Below are positions 7,606 to 15,510 of a stretch of 24,379 nucleotides of DNA, in pieces; the stretch's first letter is position 1, and the number at the start of each line of letters is the position of its first letter. The DNA comes from Oculatellaceae cyanobacterium bins.114. Its GTDB lineage: Bacteria; Cyanobacteriota; Cyanobacteriia; Elainellales; Elainellaceae. Below the pieces are notes generated by a model that searched no databases, was not told the origin of the DNA, and saw nothing but the letters and a program-made list of their open reading frames with translations. Location of the stretch: positions 1 through 24,379 of the forward strand of contig JANRJA010000081.1 of the NCBI GenBank assembly GCA_033764315.1, given 5' to 3'. Made by a program: the position numbers and the translations under genes.

Positions 7606-9093
7606 TTAACCATTCAATTTTTGGATGAGAAGCTGGTTGGTCAGCTTTGGATCAGCCCGTCCACCAGTCTGCTTCATCACTTGACCGACAAAAAATCCCA
7701 AAAGTTTCGTCTTGCCGCCCCGATATTTTTCTAATTCATCTGGGAAAGCAGCTATAACAGCATCGATCGCCGTTTCGATCGCCCCCGTGTCTGAAATTTG
7801 AATTAGCCCTTTGCTTTCAATCAATGATTTTGCAGAACCCCCTTGCACAAGCAACTCCGGCAAGATATCTTTGCCGATCTTGTTGCTGATGGTGTTGTCT
7901 TCAATTAAATTAATCATTTCGGCCAGGGTTTCAGCCGTCAGAGCAATATCGTGGATTCCTTTCTTCTCATTATTGAGATAGCCGCTAATGTCACCCATGA
8001 TCCAGTTAGCTGCTTGTTTGGCGGGTGCTCCAGCCGTGACCGTTGCCTCAAAATATTGAGCGATCGCCCGATCGTCAGTGAGCACGCGTGCATCATAGGC
8101 AGATAGCCCCAGATCATTTTCATAGCGATGGCGTTTTTGGGCAGGCAACTCAGGCAGTTGCGATCGCCATTCTTCTAGTTGCTCCGTCGGAACTTCGATG
8201 GGCGTCAAGTCTGGTTCTGGAAAATAGCGGTAATCGCTAGAACCTTCCTTGACCCGCATACTAATCGTACGTTGCGACCCTTCTTCCCACAGACGAGTTT
8301 CTTGAACGATGCGTTCACCCGCCTCGATCGCTTGAACTTGCCGCTCAATTTCGTAATTAATAGCTCGTTCGATCGCGTTGAACGAGTTCATGTTCTTGAT
8401 CTCAACCTTGGTGCCAAATTTCTCAGTTCCAACTGGGCGAACTGAAATATTGACGTCACAGCGGAGTGAGCCTTCTTGCATGTTGCCATCACTCACACCG
8501 AGATAGAGCAAAATTCGCCGCAACTCTTGAGCATATTCAGCCGCTTCTCGACCCGATCGCATATCTGGTTCAGAGACGATTTCGACCAGAGGCACCCCAG
8601 TGCGATTGAAGTCTACTAAAGAATAGGTCGAACCCGACAACCGTTCACTACCCGCATGAACCAGCTTGCCCGCGTCTTCTTCCATGTGCAGACGGGTAAT
8701 GCCAATGCGTTTGCGCGTAGACGTGCCGCTGCCCTTATCAACCAACTCAATTTCTAGCCAACCATGTTCAGCGATCGGCAGGTCAAACTGCGAGATTTGA
8801 TAATTTTTGGGCAGGTCAGGATAAAAGTATTGCTTGCGGTCAAATTTACTATAAGCCGCGATCTCACAATTAAGTGCCAATCCAGCTTTTACAGCATATT
8901 CCAACACTTTCTGATTGAGCACAGGCAACACACCGGGCATTCCCATACAAACCGGACAGACATTTTCATTGGGCGGCGTGTTGAACGACGTAGAACAGTT
9001 GCAAAAGACTTTGGTGTCCGTTTTAAGTTGACAGTGGGTTTCTAACCCAATAACGGCTTCGTACTGAGTTTTGACAGGTGCGGCGGTAGTCAT
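7606..9093 (-). CDS. gatB: Asp-tRNA(Asn)/Glu-tRNA(Gln) amidotransferase subunit B
   Basis: [68 protein letters not shown] and C-terminal Yqey-like GFFVGQVMK. Start set to the ATG at 9093. Confidence 0.97.
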   Translation of the reverse strand: MTTAAPVKTQYEAVIGLETHCQLKTDTKVFCNCSTSFNTPPNENVCPVCMGMPGVLPVLNQKVLEYAVKAGLALNCEIAAYSKFDRKQYFYPDLPKNYQISQFDLPIAEHGWLEIELVDKGSGTSTRKRIGITRLHMEEDAGKLVHAGSERLSGSTYSLVDFNRTGVPLVEIVSEPDMRSGREAAEYAQELRRILLYLGVSDGNMQEGSLRCDVNISVRPVGTEKFGTKVEIKNMNSFNAIERAINYEIERQVQAIEAGERIVQETRLWEEGSQRTISMRVKEGSSDYRYFPEPDLTPIEVPTEQLEEWRSQLPELPAQKRHRYENDLGLSAYDARVLTDDRAIAQYFEATVTAGAPAKQAANWIMGDISGYLNNEKKGIHDIALTAETLAEMINLIEDNTISNKIGKDILPELLVQGGSAKSLIESKGLIQISDTGAIETAIDAVIAAFPDELEKYRGGKTKLLGFFVGQVMKQTGGRADPKLTNQLLIQKLNG

Positions 9094-9170
9094 AGAACCA
9101 GAAGCATCGACAGTTGGCTCTATTGTAGCGGCTAACGGTTCAGGGGAGTGGATAAGGGAAGGGAAGGGGG

Positions 9171-9219
<49 letters not shown>

Positions 9220-9278
9220 AGGGCGGAGTAGATGAGTGAGAGTCGCATTTATCCATCTACCCATCTACCCACCGCCTC
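9220..9278. repeat. Imperfect inverted repeat containing a duplicated CCATCTAC octamer
   Basis: GGCGG-AGTAGATG...CCATCTAC-CCATCTAC-CCACCGCC downstream of the FKBP stop; may act as a 3' hairpin. Confidence 0.5.
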
Positions 9279-9309
9279 TATTGCTTTCTCACTCGATTAC
9301 TTTATGCCT

Positions 9310-9738
9310 TCAGGCGATCGCCACTAGGTTGATTTCAAAGGTCAAGTCTTCCCCAGCTAAGGGATGATTGGCATCGAGAGTTACTTCAGAGTCAGTCACA
9401 TCGGTGATGATGACGGGGATCACCTGTCCGGTGGGCTGTTGGATTTGCAATTGTTGTCCAACGCCGATGGGTAACTCTGGTGGAATCTGCTGGCGATCGA
9501 CGACCACCACCATCTCAGGATAATGCTCTCCATAGGCTTGCTCCGAAGGAATGGTTTCCGTTTTGGACTCACCAGGAGCCATCCCGATTACGGCTTGCTC
9601 AAATCCAGGGATCATATTCCCTCCGCCAATCGAAAACTGCAAGGGTTCGCGCCCCACAGACGAATCAAATACAGTGCCATCCTCTAGTTTGCCGGTATAG
9701 TGCACGCTTACTGTATCGCCTGGTTTTGCTTGTGCCAT
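9310..9738 (-). CDS. FKBP-type peptidyl-prolyl cis-trans isomerase (short SlyD/SlpA-like, no His-rich tail)
   Basis: VSVHYTGKLEDGTVFDSS, MIPGFEQAV, insert-in-flap region and VTLDANHPLAGEDLTFEI. Confidence 0.93.
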   Translation of the reverse strand: MAQAKPGDTVSVHYTGKLEDGTVFDSSVGREPLQFSIGGGNMIPGFEQAVIGMAPGESKTETIPSEQAYGEHYPEMVVVVDRQQIPPELPIGVGQQLQIQQPTGQVIPVIITDVTDSEVTLDANHPLAGEDLTFEINLVAIA

Positions 9739-10260
9739 GGTCTCTTTCCTTTGTCTCTTTCTTTATCTAGTATTGGACACTGTCGGAATGGATATTCATC
9801 AGCCGCGCTTTAGAGATTAAGCCCTACGAATGCGAAATTCTAGTTTTCTATCCATACGCCTACCCTAGCGAAAGAAGCATCGAATGTGCCCTGGCGTAAT
9901 GTCAATTTAACGTTGGTCAGGCTCAGCCCAAACCAAGCAAGCAAGTCTGGACTTGTTAGCCCTAGCCAGCGTCATAAATGGTGGATAACTCCATCTTTAA
10001 AAGGATGGCGATCGCATAGTTTTAGTTAAAAGCAATATAAATAACTACGAATTAACGATTTTTGAGAGGTGCGCGATCGCCTGTGACCGATTTTTTTTGA
10101 GTTTGAGATGTAGTCATTAGTTAACCCAGACAGAGGCTTACACCCCTTCAAATCAGGATTTAAGCTATTTCTATTTGTTGGTTTGGCGATCGCCCGATTC
10201 ACATCTCTCAAATTTTCTTGTGTAAAGGTTTAGTCATTTTTTTATATACACCCTCTTTTA

Positions 10261-10281
10261 TTTTGGTTATTTTGACTATAA
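10261..10281 (+). promoter_or_regulatory. NrtR operator overlapping a -10 box of the NAD operon
   Basis: TTTTG-GT-TATTTTG-AC-TATAA: 21-bp AT-rich imperfect palindrome with the GT-N7-AC core typical of NrtR sites. It overlaps TATAAT (10277-10282), and nrtR is in the downstream operon. Confidence 0.75.
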
Positions 10282-10505
10282 TTACAATAGGAACAGAGTA
10301 TTTCTCATCCAACCATCCTTCCTTTAAAGCATTTCGCGAAACAGCTCTCTAATAGACCCAAATCAGGTCTCAATCAATTCAATCAACAGTGCAGGATTTT
10401 CCTGGTATCCATCCAAACCCCTAACCTCAGGAGCAATCATAGGTGGGGGATCGGAATTTCTCTGTAGCGTCTCTTTATTACCTCACTTACGGTCATAGAA
10501 CCCCT

Positions 10506-11876
10506 ATGGAAGACCAGGAATTGACGATCTCGCCCACGGATTACAGTCTTTTGACCGATCTCTATCAACTAACAATGGCGGCTTGCTATGTCGGAGAAGG
10601 ATTAGACCAACGCAACGCCAGTTTTGAACTATTTGCCCGCCGTTTACCCGATGGCTTTGGCTATTTAGTCGCAATGGGTTTGGCACAAGCTCTACATTAT
10701 TTAGAAAATTTTCGGTTTAGTTCGACCCAAATTGAGACACTGCAAGCCACAGGTATCTTTGCCCATGCTCCCGACCGATTTTGGACGTTGTTAGCTGATG
10801 CCTCTTTTACGGGTGATGTGTGGGCCGTGCCAGAGGGCACTGTTGTGTTTGCCAATGAACCCCTGTTGCGAATTGAAGCCCCTTTGTGGCAAGCCCAACT
10901 GGTTGAGACCTATCTGTTGAATACGATCAACTATCAAACCTTGATCGCTACAAAAACAGCCCGGATGCGAGATGTCGCAGGCTCTGAGGCAGTTTTGTTG
11001 GAGTTTGGCACCCGTCGTGCTTTTAGTCCCCAAGCGTCACTATGGGCAGCCAGAGCAGCGATCGCCGCTGGCATGAATGCCACCTCTAACGTGTTAGCCG
11101 CAACTCGATTGAATCGTCAGCCCAGCGGCACAATGGCACATGCTCTGGTAATGGCGTTAACGGCTTTAGAGGGCAATGAAGATGAGGCGTTTGCCGCCTT
11201 TCACCGCTACTTTCCGGGAGCAGTATTACTGATTGATACCTTTGATTCGGTGGCAGCCGCGCAACGGTTGGCAGAGCAAATCAACACCAGTGGACTAAGT
11301 TTTAAGGGAGTCCGACTCGACTCTGGGGATCTGGTAACACTGTCGAAACAGGTGCGATCGCTCTTGCCCCACGCCTCTATCGTCGCCAGTGGCGACTTGG
11401 ATGAGGTTGAGATTTTGCGCTTGAAGCAAGCCGGAGCCGAGATTGATGCCTATGGCATTGGCACGAAACTCGTCACCGGAGCACCCGTAAACGGAGTCTA
11501 TAAATTAGTAGATATTGATGGCATTCCGGTGATGAAGGAGTCGAGCGGAAAAGCCACTCGCCCCGGTCGCAAGCAAATCTTTCGCCAGAGTAAAAATGGG
11601 CAACTGCACTCTGAACGATTGGGGTTGTTGATTGATGACCCGCAAGGACATGAACCGCTGTTGCGACTGGTCTTTAAACAAGGAGAGCGATTGCAGGAAC
11701 CAGAACCTCTAGAGGCGATCGCCTCTCGCACCGCTGCCTCTGTTGCCACCCTGCCTGCTGCCATTCGCCAAATCGATCGCCCCGATGTTTTGACTCCAAC
11801 CATTACCCCTGCCTTACAAGAATTGACTGAACACACACAACGAAATATTCACAAGTTTTATACTGAGCAAAATTAA
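10506..11876 (+). CDS. pncB: Nicotinate phosphoribosyltransferase
   Basis: LLTDLYQLTM, EFGTRRA, GTMAH, LIDTFD, GVRLDSGD and GIGTKLV motifs. Start set to the ATG at 10506. Confidence 0.92.
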   Translation: MEDQELTISPTDYSLLTDLYQLTMAACYVGEGLDQRNASFELFARRLPDGFGYLVAMGLAQALHYLENFRFSSTQIETLQATGIFAHAPDRFWTLLADASFTGDVWAVPEGTVVFANEPLLRIEAPLWQAQLVETYLLNTINYQTLIATKTARMRDVAGSEAVLLEFGTRRAFSPQASLWAARAAIAAGMNATSNVLAATRLNRQPSGTMAHALVMALTALEGNEDEAFAAFHRYFPGAVLLIDTFDSVAAAQRLAEQINTSGLSFKGVRLDSGDLVTLSKQVRSLLPHASIVASGDLDEVEILRLKQAGAEIDAYGIGTKLVTGAPVNGVYKLVDIDGIPVMKESSGKATRPGRKQIFRQSKNGQLHSERLGLLIDDPQGHEPLLRLVFKQGERLQEPEPLEAIASRTAASVATLPAAIRQIDRPDVLTPTITPALQELTEHTQRNIHKFYTEQN

Positions 11877-11886
11877 CCGCCCCCGA

Positions 11887-12030
11887 CAGAGACGCGATTA
11901 ATCGCGTCTCTGCCTGCCCCCTTATCTTTTCTTTTTCTCTGTTGGTGATCTGCCTGCCCCCTGACTTTTCTTTTTGCTCTCCTGGTGAATCGCGTCTCTG
12001 CCTTCCCCCTGACTTTTCTTTTTGCTCTCT
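11887..12030. repeat. Perfect 26-bp palindrome followed by three imperfect 40-50 bp tandem repeats
   Basis: CAGAGACGCGATT|AATCGCGTCTCTG at 11887-11912; TCTGCCT(G/T)CCCCCT...CTTTTCTTTTT(G)CTCT occurs three times. Confidence 0.85.
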
Positions 12031-12058
12031 TCTGTCTTTTATCCTCCCCCCTTTAGCC

Positions 12059-12670
12059 ATGACTCAAATTGCTCTCTTTGGTACGAGTGCTGATCCCCCA
12101 ACTGCTGCTCATCAAGAGATTCTTAAGTGGTTATCTCATCACTTTGATGAAGTGGCAGTGTGGGCATCCGACAATCCTTTTAAGTCACACCAAACCGCTT
12201 TAGAGCATCGAGCCGCAATGCTGCGGTTACTCATCAATGACATCTATCCCCCTCGCTATAACATTCACTACCACCCTGAGTTGAGCAGTCCTAGGGCTTT
12301 GATCACCGTAGAACGAGCACAGCACCAATGGGCAGATGCAAAATTTACGCTAGTTATCGGGTCTGATCTGGTGGGGCAGTTGCCTCGGTGGTATCGGATT
12401 GAGACACTATTACAACAGGTAAAGCTGTTGGTTGTGCCCCGTCCTGGCTATGCTTTGGTAGAGGGTGCTTTGACGCGACTACGAGAGATGGGGGCTGAGG
12501 TGGCGATCGCCGACTTGACAGGTCTGCCCATTTCCTCAACCGCCTATCGTGAAGCAGGAGACACAGACGTTTTAACCCCTCCGGTTGAAGCCTATATTCA
12601 TCGAGAGCATTTATACGCATGTCAGGACGCAGCCCAAAAAAGCCTGCTAACTCGCCTCTTCAGCGGCTAG
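12059..12670 (+). CDS. nadD: Nicotinate-nucleotide adenylyltransferase
   Basis: IALFGTSADPPTAAH, NPFK, LVIGSDL, W, VVPRPGY and ISSTAYR motifs. Start set to the ATG at 12059 because the upstream ORF extension is repeat-derived. Confidence 0.92.
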   Translation: MTQIALFGTSADPPTAAHQEILKWLSHHFDEVAVWASDNPFKSHQTALEHRAAMLRLLINDIYPPRYNIHYHPELSSPRALITVERAQHQWADAKFTLVIGSDLVGQLPRWYRIETLLQQVKLLVVPRPGYALVEGALTRLREMGAEVAIADLTGLPISSTAYREAGDTDVLTPPVEAYIHREHLYACQDAAQKSLLTRLFSG

Positions 12671-13362
12671 CCGACTTCAAAGTAGGGGTCGATAATGTGA
12701 TTTTTTCGGTCGATACAGACCAAAATCGCCTGCTTGTGCTGCTTGTGATGCGTCATCATGAACCCTTTTTGGGGCATTGGAGTTTGCCGGGAACCCTGGT
12801 GCGCCAGGGCGAATCGCTAGAAGATGCAGCATACCGGGTGTTATCTGAAAAGATTCGGGTTGAGAACTTGTATCTGGAACAGTTGTATACCTTTGGGGAG
12901 CCGCTACGTGACCCGCGTGAATCGCCTAAAAGCTATGGAGTGCGATATTTGTCAGTCAGTTATTTTGCATTAGTGCGGTTTGCTGAGGCCGAGCTAATTG
13001 CCGATGGAGTCAGTGGGATTGCCTGGTATCCCGTGAAACAACTGCCTCAGCTTGCCTTTGACCACAACAAAATTTTGGAATATGGCTATCGTCGTCTGCG
13101 GAACAAGTTGGAATATAGCCCTGTTGCCTTTGATGTGTTGCCAGAACTGTTTACGCTAAGCGACCTTTATCAGCTCTATACCACTGTGTTAGGGGAAGAT
13201 TTTTCAGATTACTCCAACTTTCGCTCTCGGCTATTGAAGTTGGGATTTTTAGAAGACACGGGCATTAAGGTGTCGCGTGGAGCCGGACGACCCGCTAGTT
13301 TATATCGCTTTGATGCAGAAGCGTTTGCACCGCTTAAAGACAAGCCATTGGTATTTATATGA
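12619..13362 (+). CDS. nrtR: NrtR, Nudix-related transcriptional regulator
   Basis: N-terminal Nudix fold (WSLPGTLV...ESLEDAAYRVLSEK, YLEQLYTFG, RDPR, LAFDH) plus C-terminal wHTH (FTLSDLYQLY, NFRSRL, GRPASLYRF); located inside an NAD operon. Confidence 0.9.
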   Translation: MSGRSPKKPANSPLQRLADFKVGVDNVIFSVDTDQNRLLVLLVMRHHEPFLGHWSLPGTLVRQGESLEDAAYRVLSEKIRVENLYLEQLYTFGEPLRDPRESPKSYGVRYLSVSYFALVRFAEAELIADGVSGIAWYPVKQLPQLAFDHNKILEYGYRRLRNKLEYSPVAFDVLPELFTLSDLYQLYTTVLGEDFSDYSNFRSRLLKLGFLEDTGIKVSRGAGRPASLYRFDAEAFAPLKDKPLVFI

Positions 13363-15179
13363 AAATTGCGATCGCTCAACTTAACCCAACCATCGGAGAT
13401 TTGGCTGGCAACGCTCGGCAGATTTTAACAGCGGCTCAACAGGCGATCGCTCAAGGAGCGCGACTGTTACTCACGACTGAGTTGTCACTGTGTGGCTATC
13501 CACCTCGTGATCTGGTGATGCAACCCAGTTTTATTCACCAGATGGCACAAACTCTAGAACAACTCGCCTGTGATCTGCCGCCCCAACTGGCCGTTTTAGT
13601 CGGCATTGTCACCCCAAATACGCGATCGCTCCAGCAAGGTGGCAAACCCTTATTTAACAGCACCGCTCTCTTAGATGGGGGGCAGGTACAGCAGATTTTT
13701 CACAAGCGGCTGTTGCCCACCTACGATGTATTTGACGAACACCGTTATTTTGAGCCGGGACAAGAGACAAATTGGTTCATTTTGCAAGATGAAACGGGTG
13801 CCACCCTAAAAGTGGGCGTCACCATCTGTGAAGATCTGTGGAACGATGAACAATTTTGGGGCAAACGCCAATATCCGATCAATCCTTTAGAAGCCCTGGC
13901 AGAAGAAAAGGTCGATCTGATTGTGAACTTATCTGCCTCACCCTATAGCTTGAACAAACAAACGTTGCGGGAGGCGATGTTACGTCATGCGGCCATGCGC
14001 TATCAGATCCCGATTCTCTATGCCAACCAGGTGGGCGGCAACGACGATCTGATTTTTGACGGCAGTAGTACTGGCTTCGATCGCCAGGGGCAATTAGTCT
14101 GTCGCAGTCAAGCCTTTGCCAGTGATCTGTCCTGTGCTGAGTTCTCAACTGAAACGAAGGATCTTTTATCCATCGATGGGGCAATTACTCCAAGCCTTGA
14201 GTGTGAGGAGGCTGAGTTGTGGTCAGCTCTGGTGTTGGGGGTGCGAGATTACGTCCGCAAGTGTGGCTTCTCTAAAGTCGTCTTGGGTCTGAGCGGAGGC
14301 ATTGATTCGGCGTTGGTTGCCGCGATCGCCGCCGCTGCTATTGGAGCCGAAAACGTTTTGGGTGTGCTGATGCCCTCGCCCTATAGCTCCGATCACTCGG
14401 TCAAAGATGCGATCGCGCTGGCTCAAAATCTGGGCATTCGTACAGAAACCCTGCCAATTGGCACGCTCATGACCGCCTATGACCAAACCTTTGAGACGCT
14501 CTTTGCGGGAACCGATTTTGGCTTAGCCGAAGAAAACATCCAATCCCGCATTCGGGGCAACTTGTTGATGGCAATCTCTAACAAGTTTGGGCATCTGCTG
14601 ATCTCCACAGGCAACAAATCAGAAATGGCCGTTGGCTACTGCACCCTCTATGGTGATATGAATGGCGGATTGGCGGCGATCGCGGATGTCCCTAAAACTC
14701 GTGTCTATGCGATCTGTCAATGGCTCAACAGCGGTGGATGGAAACTTGACACTCAAAACTCAAAACTCGAAACTCAATCCTTTCCCATCATTCCCCCCAA
14801 CATTCTCACCAAGCCCCCCAGCGCAGAACTCAAACCGGGGCAGGTCGATCAAGATTCGCTGCCGCCTTACGAAATTTTGGATGACATTCTCGATCGCCTG
14901 ATTTTGCACCATCAATCTTTAACAGAGATTACTCAAGCAGGTCATGATGTCGCTACTGTCGAACGGGTTGTGAAACTAGTGACTCGTGCTGAATTTAAGC
15001 GCAAACAGGCTCCTCCAGGATTAAAAGTGACCGATCGCGCCTTTGGTACGGGTTGGCGCATGCCGATCGCGAGTCGCTGGGTGCCATCGGTGGCTGTGTT
15101 AACTCCAGAGCGGCAGAACTCGCTCTCTGGGACTCCCTCACCCTCGCTGGGTCGGGCTAAAGTGGAAGGTGTTGCGTAA
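13359..15179 (+). CDS. nadE: Glutamine-dependent NAD+ synthetase
   Basis: Nitrilase-like domain with E/K/C triad (TELSLCGY, HKRLLPTYDVFDE, TICEDLW) plus synthetase domain (LSGGIDS, ENIQSRIRG, TGNKSE, PSAELKPGQ). ATGA overlap with nrtR. Confidence 0.96.
   Translation: MKIAIAQLNPTIGDLAGNARQILTAAQQAIAQGARLLLTTELSLCGYPPRDLVMQPSFIHQMAQTLEQLACDLPPQLAVLVGIVTPNTRSLQQGGKPLFNSTALLDGGQVQQIFHKRLLPTYDVFDEHRYFEPGQETNWFILQDETGATLKVGVTICEDLWNDEQFWGKRQYPINPLEALAEEKVDLIVNLSASPYSLNKQTLREAMLRHAAMRYQIPILYANQVGGNDDLIFDGSSTGFDRQGQLVCRSQAFASDLSCAEFSTETKDLLSIDGAITPSLECEEAELWSALVLGVRDYVRKCGFSKVVLGLSGGIDSALVAAIAAAAIGAENVLGVLMPSPYSSDHSVKDAIALAQNLGIRTETLPIGTLMTAYDQTFETLFAGTDFGLAEENIQSRIRGNLLMAISNKFGHLLISTGNKSEMAVGYCTLYGDMNGGLAAIADVPKTRVYAICQWLNSGGWKLDTQNSKLETQSFPIIPPNILTKPPSAELKPGQVDQDSLPPYEILDDILDRLILHHQSLTEITQAGHDVATVERVVKLVTRAEFKRKQAPPGLKVTDRAFGTGWRMPIASRWVPSVAVLTPERQNSLSGTPSPSLGRAKVEGVA
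14742..14776. repeat. Heptamer STRR tract inside nadE (5 units)
   Basis: AAACTTG ACACTCA AAACTCA AAACTCG AAACTCA, translated as KLDTQNSKLETQ. Confidence 0.75.
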
Positions 15180-15192
15180 TTGCCGCAGCTAG

Positions 15193-15231
15193 GCTTGAGA
15201 ACCAAGCTTGAAAACCAAGTTTGAGAACCAA
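15193..15231. repeat. 13-bp tandem repeat x3
   Basis: GCTTGAGAACCAA GCTTGAAAACCAA GTTTGAGAACCAA. Confidence 0.85.
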
Positions 15232-15510
15232 GCCTTTGGGGGAAGGTTCCCCCACCCCCCCTCGCTGAGAGACGAAGCACGTCCCTCAGACTCCCTCCGC
15301 ATAGTGTGTAAGAACAGTAGTAAGGCGCGCTTCGCATCGGTGACCAGTGCGGGTGCCACTGCTCTGGTCAAAATCCTTTGCCAAGGATCGTCCCCTAAGC
15401 CTGCGGGATTTAAGGGGCTGAGAGGGTGCTGTATTGGGGTAGGTTTGATTGCGATCGCTCCCCCATCCACGTTTGTTCAGGTACTCTGTTCAGGTACTCA
15501 TTTTTAAGTT

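Noticed and set aside
9227-9234. 8-nt complement to the sRNA 5' end upstream of gatB
   Set aside because: Short, part of an octamer repeat hairpin and far from the start codon; chance is likely.
11887-12030. Mini CRISPR array
   Set aside because: Repeats are adjacent with no unique spacers, and there are no cas genes in the window.
11803-12060. 85-aa minus ORF and the 39-aa NadD extension
   Set aside because: Both are products of the tandem repeat and carry duplicated peptides.
14942-15507. Overlapping short ORFs on both strands after nadE
   Set aside because: They span repeats and hairpins or lie antisense to nadE; no protein-like signal.
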